Of a DNA stretch of 64,000 nt, positions 42,235 to 54,876 are shown piece by piece; position 1 is the stretch's first letter; each line of letters opens with the position of its first letter. The notes below the pieces were generated by a model. The model was not told the DNA's origin, made no database searches, and saw nothing but the letters and a program-made list of their open reading frames with translations. The DNA is taken from positions 185,194,001 to 185,258,000 of the forward strand of contig OZ024741.1 of the NCBI GenBank assembly GCA_964016885.1, in the 5' to 3' direction. Position numbers and translations under genes: made by a program. The DNA comes from Eledone cirrhosa. Taxonomy: Eukaryota.

Positions 42235-42266
<32 letters not shown>

Positions 42267-42367
42267 AGTGTGTGTATATATGTGTGTATATATAAATATA
42301 TATAATATACGCACACATATGTATATATATATATGTGTGTGTATATATATATGCATATATATGCTTG

Positions 42368-42398
<31 letters not shown>

Positions 42399-43155
42399 TC
42401 TCAATTCACATCATCCTAATTCCTCTATTCATTGATTTTCTCTGTATTCACTATTCACTTCATTTCCCCTTTTCTTTTTTTCAAACCTTCGCTCTTATCC
42501 TTTTTTTTATATATTATCTCTCATATAAATGACCAACGGACGTAAAAAATATCACTCTTCAATAAGCTTAGGAATTAATACCATCTTGCTTATTTAGAAT
42601 GTTTTTCTATGTCTTTTATGGACAATGGTGCTATGAATGATGATGTTGATGTTATTGTTGTTGTTAATAATGTTGTTGTTGTTATTATTATTATTATTAT
42701 CATTATTATTATTGTTTTTGTTGTTTTTGATGTTGTTATTATTAGAGTTATTGCTGTTGTTAATGTTGTTTGTTATTGTTTTTCTTGGTATTTTTTATAT
42801 ATTTTTCTCTATATTTTATATGAACGAAAACCAATTTTTTACCCCTATCCGCTGCAACGTAATTATTCCGGCCGATATCCTTTTGCACAAATAGGTTATT
42901 ACTTTTAACATAATATCAATAAACTCACACCACATTTATTATCTCTGTCCCTCACAGATGGCCTTTCGCAAACATACATAAGCATGCAATGAATCAAGAC
43001 ACAGATATATACGATCGCGCTGTATCTTTTTCATACAATTCCAAATGACCTTTTTGCCCTTTGACTATTTTTCTCCTTTTCTAAATATATATCTCACTTT
43101 CGCCCGTCCCTATTCCTCTCTCTCTTTCTATCTGTACATCTATACACATACTTAT

Positions 43156-43263
<108 letters not shown>

Positions 43264-43284
43264 GTGTGTGTGTGTGTGTGTGTG

Positions 43285-43897
43285 TTGAGAAGCCAGAAGG
43301 GATCACTAATGTAGGCGGGAAGCCGCTAGAATTGGTTGAGGGCTTCCTGTATTTGGGAGCAAAGATTGGGAATACAGAATATGATGTGGTTGAGAGGAAG
43401 AGCAAAGCCTGGGCGGCGTGCCTCAGCTTGAGATTGGTGTGGAAGTCGGATCTTCGTAAAGACCTGAAAAGACCTGGAAATCCGCCTTTCCATTGTACGG
43501 GTCTGAGACTTGGACACTGACCAAGAAACTCACTCAGATGGTGGATGGGTGCTACACGAGAATGCTGAGAATGGCTCTGAACATTAATCAGTATACACTG
43601 AGGATGAAAAACTCAGAGCTGTATGGGAGCCTCCCAAAAGTCAGCTCAAAAGTGACACAGAGGAGACTGAGGTTAGCTGAACATGCTCACCGACATCCAG
43701 AGTTGACATTGCATTCAGTGCTCCCGTGGGAGCACCTACATGGACACAGTGGAAGAGGAAGGCCAAGGTTAACGTATGTTGATGCCCTAAGGACAGACAC
43801 TGGTCTGTTGTAGAGGCAGGAGATGGCAGCGATAATGAGGGACAGAGACCACTGGAGAGAACTCGTCCATGGATCTCGTGAATTTTACCCGCCCTAG
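43285..43897 (+). mobile_element. 5'-truncated RTE-like LINE 3' end
   Basis: [44 protein letters not shown]; ends ttttacccgccctag followed by (AT)n. Confidence 0.85.
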
Positions 43898-43989
43898 ATA
43901 TATATGATATATGTATATGTATATATATAAAAAGGAACGATCGACTTTCGTCAAATCGGACCTAGGGAACAATGTTCCCAATTGCTAAT

Positions 43990-44125
43990 ACTATCTATCG
44001 GTCGCAACTCCAGGTAGAAGGAGCAACGTGAAATAAAGTGTCTTGCTCAAGGACATAACGCATCGCCTGGTCCAGGAATCGAACTCACAACCTTACGATT
44101 GCGCTAACCACTCAGCCACAAGCCT
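43990..44125 (-). mobile_element. tRNA-derived SINE (family B) fragment
   Basis: Minus strand gtgagttcgattcc B-box and gtccttgagcaagacactttatttcacgttgctc core. Confidence 0.75.
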
Positions 44126-44293
44126 TCACTATATATATATATATATATATATGAAGAGAGAGAGAGAGGGGGAGAAAGAGAGAGAGATATGTCGTGATCT
44201 ATTAATCCGTTTCTGCTGCAGTTGTGATTTTATAACCTAGTGATAGACTGGTTGTTGCAAATATTGAGTATAAAACATGAAAACGAAAGAAAT

Positions 44294-44387
<94 letters not shown>

Positions 44388-44431
44388 ATATATATATATA
44401 TATAGTTATAGAGGTATTTATTTACGCTTTA

Positions 44432-44505
<74 letters not shown>

Positions 44506-44511
44506 TTATAT

Positions 44512-44604
<93 letters not shown>

Positions 44605-44608
<4 letters not shown>

Positions 44609-47600
44609 TATAAGGGAGAGGATCAGGGGTGTATAACACTCCACTTATCCAATAGGCAGTATAAGGTTAGCTCGATGTCTGAGGACAGAGCCGTGATATA
44701 ATCAACAACAAAGAACGCCTATAGCATATGCATATCTTTACTTGCTAACATTATTTCATCCGCACTATAAGTGGGACTCATCAGAGCATAAAGGTTGATT
44801 ACATATTACACAAGCAATAACAAATCCAAGACATTGAAGAAATAAAGAATAAAAAATAATAAAAGATAAAAAATACTGAGGAAGTAAAAGTAAAAATAAA
44901 CATTGAAAAATGAACATTGAAAAATAATTGAAAATTAAGGGGTGCTATCGGTCACAGTTGGGCGGGGTGCTGTCAACATACAGTTACATACAAGCATACG
45001 CATGGATAAGAGAACAGACAAGAATAGATAAGATAGATAGGAGTAGGTAAGAATAGATAAAAAATAGGTGAAAAATAGGTAAAGAATAGACATATAATAT
45101 ATATAAGAAATATAAAAAAATATAAAAAACATACATATAAAATATACAGATAATAGTGATACAGGGTAAGGAATGAAATAAAATAAAATAAAATAAAATA
45201 AAATAAAATAAAATAAAATAAAATAAAATAAAATAAAATAAAATTAAAATTATATAAAATAAAATATAATATAATAATAAAATAAAATAAAATAAAAAAA
45301 AAAAAATAAAAAAAAAAAAATAAAAAAAATAAAATAAAAATAAAAATAAAATAAAATAAACTAAAATAAAATAATATAATATAAGATATAATTAAATAAA
45401 ATTAAATAAAATTAAATAAAATTAAATAAAATTAAATAAATAAAATTAAATAAAATGAAATAAAATAAAATAAAATAAAGTAAATTGAGATAAGATATAT
45501 ATTTTTAGAATATATTTCTTGAATATATCAGGGGCCCACGAAGGCCCTAAGTGTCCCAGTTATCAGTATCACTTGACCATTGCAATGCAATGGAGACGTC
45601 CCAGGTTGGGCAGTCTCAAAAGTTCACACTTGAAAGTCACGGGTGTGCATTCACACAGTTGAGCGGTAGGGTAATCACAAACCGGTTCACACTCGGGCAG
45701 GAGTCCATTGGTCAACAGAGGTACATCGAAGGAAGGTAGGAGAATTCACGTGCAGCAGCAAGAGGCAGACAAGTGGGCCGAAAGCAAGCAGGTGCAGGCG
45801 GGCTAGCCGAAAGCAAGCAAATACAGTTGGGTTAGGCGGGTTAATATGCACACTCAACAGCGCATACAAAAGATATATAAAAAATAGCTTCAAGAGCCAA
45901 TATCATGAAATCACCGCATTGGGACATCTCAAGATTATACACACCAATATGTTCTGCACGTATATGCATATATACACACCACATGCATATGCAGAGACGG
46001 TATACATATATATATATTTTTATATACAGACATATACAACCACCTACACCCATACACATATAAATGTATACACAGACACACACGCACACACACACAGCGT
46101 AGGACATCCGGGTCAAAGCGGATATAATACACAGAAATATCACATTAGGCAAAACCCACCACCACGGATAATACATTCAAAATAAATACATACGAGGAGA
46201 TGCAGTAAAATAAATCAAATTGAATTCCTACGAAGGTAATCATGTCCGCACGTGCCATTGCCCGATTCAAGTGTAAACAGACCGTTAGTAACTACGGAGT
46301 GCTATCGGGGCCAAGGCACTCCGTAGTTACTAACGGTCTGTTTACACTTGAATCGGGCAATGGCACGTGCGGACATGATTACCTTCGTAGGAATTCAATT
46401 TGATTTATTTTACTGCATCTCCTCGTATGTATTTATTTTGAATGTATTATCCGTGGTGGTGGGTTTTGCCTAATGTGATATTTCTGTGTATTATATCCGC
46501 TTTGACCCGGGTGTCCTACGCTGTGTGTGTGTGCCTGTGTATACTTTTATATGTGTATGGGTGTAGGTGGTTGTATATGTCTGTATATAAAAATATATAT
46601 ATATGTATACCGTCTCTGCATATGCATGTGGTGTGTATATATGCATATACGTGCAGAACATATTGGTGTGTATAATCTTGAGATGTCCCAATGCGGTGAT
46701 TTCATGATATTGGCTCTTGAAGCTATTTTTTATATATCTTTTGTATGCGCTGTTGAGTGTGCATATTAACCCGCCTAACCCAACTGTATTTGCTTGCTTT
46801 CGGCTAGCCCGCCTGCACCTGCTTGCTTTTGGCCCACTTGTCTGCCTCTTGCTGCTGCACGTGAATTCTCCTACCTTCCTTCGATGTACCTCTGTTGACC
46901 AATGGACTCCTGCCCGAGTGTGAACCGGTTTGTGATTACCCCACCGCTCAACTGTGTGAATGCACACCCGTGACTTTCAAGTGTGAACTATTGAGACTGC
47001 CCAACCTGGGACGTCTCCATTGCATTGCAATGGTCAAGTGATACTGATAACTGTGACACTTAGGGCCTTCGTGGGCCCCTGATATATTCAAGAAATATAT
47101 TCTAAAAATATATATCTTATCTCAATTTACTTTATTTTATTTTATTTTATTTCATTTTTAATTTTATTTATTTAATTTTATTTAATTTTATTTAATTTTA
47201 TTTAATTATATTATATTATTTTTTTTTTTTTTATTATTTTATTTTTTTTTTTTATTTTATTTTATTATTATATTATATTATATTTTATTTTATATAATTT
47301 TAATTTTAATTTTAATTTTATTTTATTTTATTTTATTTTATTTTATTTTATTTTATTTTATTTTATTTTATTTTATTTTATTTTATTTTATTTCATTCCT
47401 TACCCTGTATCACTATTATCTGTATATTTTATATGTATGTTTTTTATATTTTTTTATATTTCTTATATATATTATATGTCTATTCTTTACCTATTTTTCA
47501 CCTATTTTTTATCTATTCTTACCTACTCCTATCTATCTTATCTATTCTTGTCTGTTCTCTTATCCATGCGTATGCTTGTATGTAACTGTATGTTGACAGC

Positions 47601-47866
47601 ACCCCGCCCAACTGTGACCGATAGCACCCCTTATTTTTCAATTATTTTTCAATGTTCATTTTTCAATGTTTATTTTTACTTTTACTTCCTCAATATTTTT
47701 TATCTTTTATTATTTTTTATTCTTTATTTCTTCAATGTCTTGGATTTGTTATTGCTTGTGTAATATGTAATCAACCTTTATGCTCTGATGAGTCCCACTT
47801 ATAGTGCGGATGAAACAATGTTAGCAAGTAAAGATATGCATATGCTATAGGCGTTCTTTGTTGTTG

Positions 47867-47870
<4 letters not shown>
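44605..47870. mobile_element. ~3.2 kb non-coding fold-back element (arms 44697-46302 / 46316-47870; left-only tail 44605-44696) between (TA)n tracts
   Basis: Mirror ORF calls; 13-nt central loop tatcggggccaag; arms differ at about 8 substitutions and in microsatellite length; hammerheads near both outer ends; internal (TAAAA)n. Confidence 0.9.
47776..47833 (+). ncRNA. Minimal type I hammerhead ribozyme (mirror copy at 44736-44793, -)
   Basis: ctttatgct-CUGAUGA-gtcc cacttatagtg c ggat-GAAAC-AAU-GUU-agca(ag)taaag. Confidence 0.8.
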
Positions 47871-47930
<60 letters not shown>

Positions 47931-47931
<1 letters not shown>

Positions 47932-49020
47932 CGAAGGAAATGTGGTAGGGAACCAGGTGGACCATAACGCACCAAAGTACTCAATACTTGAGGTAGTAGA
48001 GTGGGTAATAGGAACCAGTAAGACCCCGACAGCTGAGCTCAAGCCGTTTCGACGGCTAATTCTGGACTAAATGAAAATTTATCCTGGTATTTAAATAGCC
48101 GATCTTCTCAAGGGGTAATTCCATATATGGTCAAAGTGATTGTCAAAAATCAGTAGTAATTCTGTGGTTGCAAATTAGTAGGGGAGATGGTGGCTAAACC
48201 TGCCAGTAGGAGAAAGAGGGGAGGGGGTGGAGTAGACCCAATCAAGCGTTGGTAGTGACAGCTACAGCTGGGCATGAGGTCAAAGAAGATACAGGGGAGG
48301 AGAAGGGGGAAGAAGTCGGAACGGTAGGTAGAACAATGGGATTAGAAATATATAGGAAAGAAAAAATACTGAGAGTGAAGAAAAGCAAATAAGTGTAAAG
48401 AAAAAAGTAAAGTAAATTAAATTCTACGACCTAGGTCTCAGGCTATTGTTAGGCTAGAAAAAAATAAAGAAAGAAAGAAAGAAGTAAAGAAAGAAATAAA
48501 TAAAGAAATAACGAAATAAGTAAAAGAACTAGGTGGGACGGATTAGGCAAGGACCCTTTTAAGAGGTATAAGTACGTAAATGATACGGTGACGGGTCAAC
48601 AAAAGGGGCCAAAATACTAAAGAGACTACCACGAAATAAACAATAAAGGTTTCCATCCCGGGCCAGCAACGACCCAGTGCAGCAAAGTGAACTTGTACGA
48701 GATAATAATTCTGAGTCCCGAGAAAAATATATACTAATGCTAACTCTAAAAGATCTAAAACAAGTTACATGAAAGTTCGTACGAAATAAAGGTAGAATAC
48801 GGAGAAATAAATTCAGAATCCACCCCGCCCAGAAGAAAAGCGAAGCAAGAAATACTGAAACGAAAAAATAAGGCATAAGTGCCACTAAGAAATATAGAGG
48901 GCACAGAGGAATTACCCCTTGAGAAGATCGGCTATTTAAATACCAGGATAAATTTTCATTTAGTCCAGAATTAGCCGTCGAAACGGCTTGAGCTCAGCTG
49001 TCGGGGTCTTACTGGTTCCT
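47931..49020. mobile_element. 1.1 kb non-coding element with ~113 bp inverted termini (48009-48122 / 48909-49020) and left-only tail, between (TA)n tracts
   Basis: Direct comparison of the termini; each contains a variant hammerhead. Confidence 0.85.
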
Positions 49021-49549
49021 ATATATATATAGGAACCAGTAAGACCCCGACAGCTGAGCTCAAGCCGTTTCGACGGCTAATTCTGGACTAAATGAAAATT
49101 TATCCTGGTATTTAAATAGCCGATCTTCTCAAGGGGTAATTCCTCTGTGCCCTCTATATTTCTTAGTGGCACTTATGCCTTATTTTTTCGTTTCAGTATT
49201 TCTTGCTTCGCTTTTCTTCTGGGCGGGGTGGATTCTGAATTTATTTCTCCGTATTCTACCTTTATTTCGTACGAACTTTCATGTAACTTGTTTTAGATCT
49301 TTTAGAGTTAGCATTAGTATATATTTTTCTCGGGACTCAGAATTATTATCTCGTACAAGTTCACTTTGCTGCACTGGGTCGTTGCTGGCCCGGGATGGAA
49401 ACCTTTATTGTTTATTTCGTGGTAGTCTCTTTAGTATTTTGGCCCCTTTTGTTGACCCGTCACCGTATCATTTACGTACTTATACCTCTTAAAAGGGTCC
49501 TTGCCTAATCCGTCCCACCTAGTTCTTTTACTTATTTCGTTATTTCTTT
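48502..49549. repeat. ~520 bp-arm palindrome centred on the (TA) tract at 49021-49030
   Basis: Mirror ORFs 48559-48885 and 49166-49492 translate identically; coordinates sum to 98051. Confidence 0.9.
48914..49007 (+). ncRNA. Variant type I hammerhead ribozyme with U3-A8 core and long stem II (copies at 48023-48116 - and 49044-49137 -)
   Basis: acccc-UUGAGAA-ga(t)cggcta...tagccgtc-GAAAC GGCU ugagcuc AGCU GUC-ggggt. Confidence 0.7.
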
Positions 49550-49596
49550 TACTTATGCGTCTTCACGAGTGTATCTATATTGAAAAAGAAAGGAGC

Positions 49597-49634
<38 letters not shown>

Positions 49635-49640
<6 letters not shown>

Positions 49641-50381
49641 AGATTTGAATGGATACAGTTTAGTTGAAAGGAATTTATTGACACGTGTTTCTATAACAGT
49701 TACATAACCTAAAACAGCTATCTACAAACTTTTAGTTATGCAGACATTCAATATTTCAATGTTATTGTTTACTGTCATTTCATCAGAATAATATTACTGA
49801 GGACCTATTTAGTTTTTATAGAGAATATTAGGAGGAAGGGGTGAAGTTGTTAGAAGAATAGTTGAAGGAGTGGTTTTTCGATAGCAGTGAGAATTCTTGG
49901 TGGCAGTGATTAATTAGATTCCCATCTGTTGTTTTGACATTTTTTATAGAATATATTATTGGTTATTTTTCTAAATCTATAGAAGGATTAGAGATAGTAA
50001 AGATATGCGTGGTTGGTTTTGTGTTTGCACTTAACATTCAGACTTAAATTTTTCTTTCAAGTGTACGTATTCTTTCACCCACGCATTCACACACAAATAT
50101 ATTTGCACACCTCTACAAAATACATATACTCACAATTCACATATTCATACTTACATATATATACACATGCATACACATATATATACACACATGTATTCAT
50201 GTACATACATACGCGCTCATGTGTATACATTTTCATACTCAACTTATCTTTATATATACACACGTATAGACACACACATATATACATACATACTCTAGTC
50301 CATGTGTACACACATACACATACATACACATCCATATACACATACATACATACACATATATATATACATATATACATATAC

Positions 50382-50426
<45 letters not shown>

Positions 50427-53400
50427 CATATATACACACATATACACACACACATATATATATATATATATAAGCACTTTAATACATGAATACACTTACA
50501 TCTAACTATACACATCAAACATATATATATATTTACTTATTTATATACATTTTCACATATATATACATACTTATGGACGTTTTTAGACACATTCATTATC
50601 GCATATTTGTACCTATTCTCATCAGCATATCTTTTCATTATTAGTATGGTAATTTAAGGTTATTAATATATGTTGAAAAGAGATTGTTTTTATATTTTTC
50701 TAACTAGATTAAGGTTTATATAGTTGGGGGATGTCCCTCTTTTATGTAATATTCGGCTTGTAGTGGGAAAAAAGGGTTTTAGTTCTGTGACGGCAGAATA
50801 ATGTTCGTTCAATTCTGTTATTCAGCAGTTTCTTCTTGTGTGTGATTATGTAATAAATCTCAAGATTACACAATTTGCAGAAATTTTGGCTCCTGGAAAA
50901 GCTTTGGGTTTTAGCTAATTTTTCCCATTTTAGGGTAAACTTTTGATTGCTATCCCTGAGCGTCCAAGCTTTCTCTGCTAAAGTTGTTACATTTCTTTGG
51001 CTCTGGTGTTTTATTGAGTAAGAATGCCTATACAATCGAGATTTAAACGATGTTGCCGTTGATCCCACGTAATACCACTCGTTGCCTCCGGATTTAATGG
51101 TACACTTATAAATAATATTTTTTTCCAGGCAGTTATTGCCGAGGGGGCAGTTGTCAGGATAGGTGCAGTTACAGTTGTGTACGTTGGGTTTTCTCTGGAG
51201 TAGTATTGCGGACGAACTTAGGTGTGGTTTATTTATGTTCTGTAGTGTATTGTCTACTGTTTTTTGGGGGTTCTTTGTACTTAAGTTCTTAGTGTTTTCG
51301 TTTAACCTTCTAGTATTGATCTTTTTTATGTGTTGTTCAAGGTTTAACGCTGTAGAGTATGACAGTCTTATAGTGGTAGGGTTTAGGATTTTGTGGTATT
51401 TGTGTGATGTGGGAAAATGTCTTTTAATTATTTTAAAGAAGAGTACTGGTAAATTTGTACTAATGGAGCTATTGTATTCGGGGTTATACCATAAGTACTC
51501 TTTGCATCGCTTTCTATTAGTTTTGTTTGTTGGTTTACTGGTGTGCATACTATGGTAGTAAGTGTGGTTTGGTGTTGTGTTATTATATCTACCTATGTGG
51601 GATTTATTTTGGGTGTTTTGATTGTTCCCATCTATGTACTCTATTTTGTTGAGGTAGCCTGCTTTACTAAGGGCGTTATCGTAGTACTCGGCGTGTTCCT
51701 TAAATACTTGTATGTTAGAAGATAGACCCGAGATTCTAAGGGAAATATTTTTAGGGATAGATTTAATTATAGAGATGGGGTGGTTAGACCCAACATTTAC
51801 GTATTTGAGATTTTCATTCAATTTATGAAACGGTTTAATCAAACCAGAGTTTAAATTGAGTGTGACATCCAGGAAGTTAACTACTTTAAGGTTGTATTCA
51901 TATGTTATAGTTAGTCCTATTTCGAGTAGTAGTTTTCTTATATCTTTGCGTAGTTTTTCTAGTTTTTGGTTATTAAGGTTTTTAGCTAGGAGGAGAACAT
52001 CGTCGCGGTATATTCCGCCGTGGAGATTGCTGAATTTTTCCTGGAGTCCAAAGGCGATAAATAACCCCACAATATCAGTTATTTCCGCCGAATCGTTAGA
52101 GCCCATTGTTATGTCAAAGTTAGAGGGTCTATCTTTACGTACCCAATAACTGTTCTCAAATTTGACTATAGTTTTCCTAGCTTCTAATATAATCTTAATT
52201 TCATCGTTTGTAAGGTCGGAGTTATCCTTAGCAAACTTAATGGCTCTATTCAAAGTTTCAGGTGATATCGATGAGTAATATTCATCGATATCAAACTGGA
52301 TAAACTTAGATTTATTCTTATTGCTAATGCTATTAAACCATCTTATTGCTTCTTGGGTCTTCCCCCAGAGTTTAATGTTAACCTTAGCCTTAATTTGGGG
52401 GATGATTCTATCTAAGATATATTTGCTTATTTTACCTATATCTGATTTAGAGGGGCAGATTAATCTAATTTTAGGGTCATTATCAAAGTTTACCTTGTGG
52501 TCCTTAAGATTGAAAGTGGGTACCGCCGGTAAGAGTGGTCCTGTCCTATCTACGATTCCGAGATTTTTCACTATTTCGCATGCCTCATCATTGATGTGCT
52601 TAAGGGTTACTTCACTCGTTTTTCTATATTTTTTATGTAATTCTTTTCGAATGAAGTTGTTGTATGTAGTGCAATCCATAGTGTACAGGTTTGATGTTTT
52701 GTCCGCTTTTACTACAATTCCTTTGGTGTTTTTAAGGTCGTCCAGTAGTTTTTTTATATCTTTCTGTAATTTGCTGTTGGTGTTGCGTCCTTTGAATTTA
52801 ATTTTAAGGATTAAGTTCATAAGGTCCTGCTCAAATGCATCTAATAGTGGGTTGGTGGGTGGGTTTTTACAAGTCCTAAAACCGAATTTTTTGTTTACAC
52901 CACTTTCTAATGTTGAGTTCATACGGCTTCTATCATAGTGGAGCGTTTTCCACCTGACACGTCGAATGAATTCATTAGTTTTTTGAATCATGCTCAATAA
53001 ATATTCCTTTCTACCTTGGGTTGGTATGTTTTTGAGTGACATATCCAGGTAGTGTTTTTCCATTGTTGTGGTTGCGTTTGCTGTGTGGGTTGCTCGACTT
53101 TACAGGAGGTAAATATACAGTTTTTTCCGTTGTGTTGTAATATAAGTATTACACACAGTAGATTATCAGCTCACGTAGAGTTTGCTCGACGGTTCCAGTT
53201 GTAGTTCCAAAAGTAATCCGGAGAAAAATAGAAAGATTTGAATGGATACAGTTTAGTTGAAAGGAATTTATTGACACGTGTTTCTATAACAGTTACATAA
53301 CCTAAAACAGCTATCTACAAACTTTTAGTTATGCAGACATTCAATATTTCAATGTTATTGTTTACTGTCATTTCATCAGAATAATATTACTGAGGACCTA

Positions 53401-53974
53401 TTTAGTTTTTATAGAGAATATTAGGAGGAAGGGGTGAAGTTGTTAGAAGAATAGTTGAAGGAGTGGTTTTTCGATAGCAGTGAGAATTCTTGGTGGCAGT
53501 GATTAATTAGATTCCCATCTGTTGTTTTGACATTTTTTATAGAATATATTATTGGTTATTTTTCTAAATCTATAGAAGGATTAGAGATAGTAAAGATATG
53601 CGTGGTTGGTTTTGTGTTTGCACTTAACATTCAGACTTAAATTTTTCTTTCAAGTGTACGTATTCTTTCACCCACGCATTCACACACAAATATATTTGCA
53701 CACCTCTACAAAATACATATACTCACAATTCACATATTCATACTTACATATATATACACATGCATACACATATATATACACACATGTATTCATGTACATA
53801 CATACGCGCTCATGTGTATACATTTTCATACTCAACTTATCTTTATATATACACACGTATAGACACACACATATATACATACATACTCTAGTCCATGTGT
53901 ACACACATACACATACATACACATCCATATACACATACATACATACACATATATATATACATATATACATATAC

Positions 53975-54019
<45 letters not shown>

Positions 54020-54421
54020 CATATATACACACATATACACACACACATATATATATATATATATAAGCACTTTAATACATGAATACACTTACATCTAACT
54101 ATACACATCAAACATATATATATATTTACTTATTTATATACATTTTCACATATATATACATACTTATGGACGTTTTTAGACACATTCATTATCGCATATT
54201 TGTACCTATTCTCATCAGCATATCTTTTCATTATTAGTATGGTAATTTAAGGTTATTAATATATGTTGAAAAGAGATTGTTTTTATATTTTTCTAACTAG
54301 ATTAAGGTTTATATAGTTGGGGGATGTCCCTCTTTTATGTAATATTCGGCTTGTAGTGGGAAAAAAGGGTTTTAGTTCTGTGACGGCAGAATAATGTTCG
54401 TTCAATTCTGTTATTCAGCAG
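49635..54421 (-). mobile_element. Young Penelope-like element, left copy: 3593 bp unit plus ~1.19 kb direct repeat (49636-50828 = 53229-54421)
   Basis: Constant 3593 bp offset between repeats; intact ORF; ends in (TA)n. Confidence 0.95.
50742..53063 (-). CDS. Penelope-like reverse transcriptase + C-terminal GIY-YIG endonuclease, 773 aa (Hydra-clade-like)
   Basis: RT motifs FIQFDIDEYYSSI, MGSNDSAEITDIVG, IYRDDVL, VNFLDVTL; CNC-x5-CPL..C linker; endonuclease NIIY..WYYVGST..FKSRLYRH; CKLCNLE..LLN..CRH. Confidence 0.95.
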   Translation of the reverse strand: MEKHYLDMSLKNIPTQGRKEYLLSMIQKTNEFIRRVRWKTLHYDRSRMNSTLESGVNKKFGFRTCKNPPTNPLLDAFEQDLMNLILKIKFKGRNTNSKLQKDIKKLLDDLKNTKGIVVKADKTSNLYTMDCTTYNNFIRKELHKKYRKTSEVTLKHINDEACEIVKNLGIVDRTGPLLPAVPTFNLKDHKVNFDNDPKIRLICPSKSDIGKISKYILDRIIPQIKAKVNIKLWGKTQEAIRWFNSISNKNKSKFIQFDIDEYYSSISPETLNRAIKFAKDNSDLTNDEIKIILEARKTIVKFENSYWVRKDRPSNFDITMGSNDSAEITDIVGLFIAFGLQEKFSNLHGGIYRDDVLLLAKNLNNQKLEKLRKDIRKLLLEIGLTITYEYNLKVVNFLDVTLNLNSGLIKPFHKLNENLKYVNVGSNHPISIIKSIPKNISLRISGLSSNIQVFKEHAEYYDNALSKAGYLNKIEYIDGNNQNTQNKSHIGRYNNTTPNHTYYHSMHTSKPTNKTNRKRCKEYLWYNPEYNSSISTNLPVLFFKIIKRHFPTSHKYHKILNPTTIRLSYSTALNLEQHIKKINTRRLNENTKNLSTKNPQKTVDNTLQNINKPHLSSSAILLQRKPNVHNCNCTYPDNCPLGNNCLEKNIIYKCTIKSGGNEWYYVGSTATSFKSRLYRHSYSIKHQSQRNVTTLAEKAWTLRDSNQKFTLKWEKLAKTQSFSRSQNFCKLCNLEIYYIITHKKKLLNNRIERTLFCRHRTKTLFSHYKPNIT

Positions 54422-54553
54422 ATGGGAATCTAATTAATCACTGCCACCAAGAATTCTCACTGCTATCGAAAAACCACTCCTTCAACTATTCTTCTAACAA
54501 CTTCACCCCTTCCTCCTAATATTCTCTATAAAAACTAAATAGGTCCTCAGTAA

Positions 54554-54672
54554 TATTATTCTGATGAAATGACAGTAAACAATAACATTGAAATATTGAA
54601 TGTCTGCATAACTAAAAGTTTGTAGATAGCTGTTTTAGGTTATGTAACTGTTATAGAAACACGTGTCAATAA
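54554..54672 (+). ncRNA. Pseudo-LTR hammerhead ribozyme with ~88 nt stem II domain (copies at 58147-58265 +, 49675-49793 -, 53268-53386 -)
   Basis: ttatt-CUGAUGA-a-atgacagt...~70 nt...actgttat-a-GAAAC-ACGU-GUC-aataa; palindromic stem III ACACGUGU. Confidence 0.75.
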
Positions 54673-54876
54673 ATTCCTTTCAACTAAACTGTATCCATTC
54701 AAATCTTTCTATTTTTCTCCGGATTACTTTTGGAACTACAACTGGAACCGTCGAGCAAACTCTACGTGAGCTGATAATCTACTGTGTGTAATACTTATAT
54801 TACAACACAACGGAAAAAACTGTATATTTACCTCCTGTAAAGTCGAGCAACCCACACAGCAAACGCAACCACAACA

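Noticed and set aside
48559-49492. Duplicated 108-aa hydrophobic ORF
   Set aside because: Identical only because of the palindrome; GTG start, T-rich composition and no domain.
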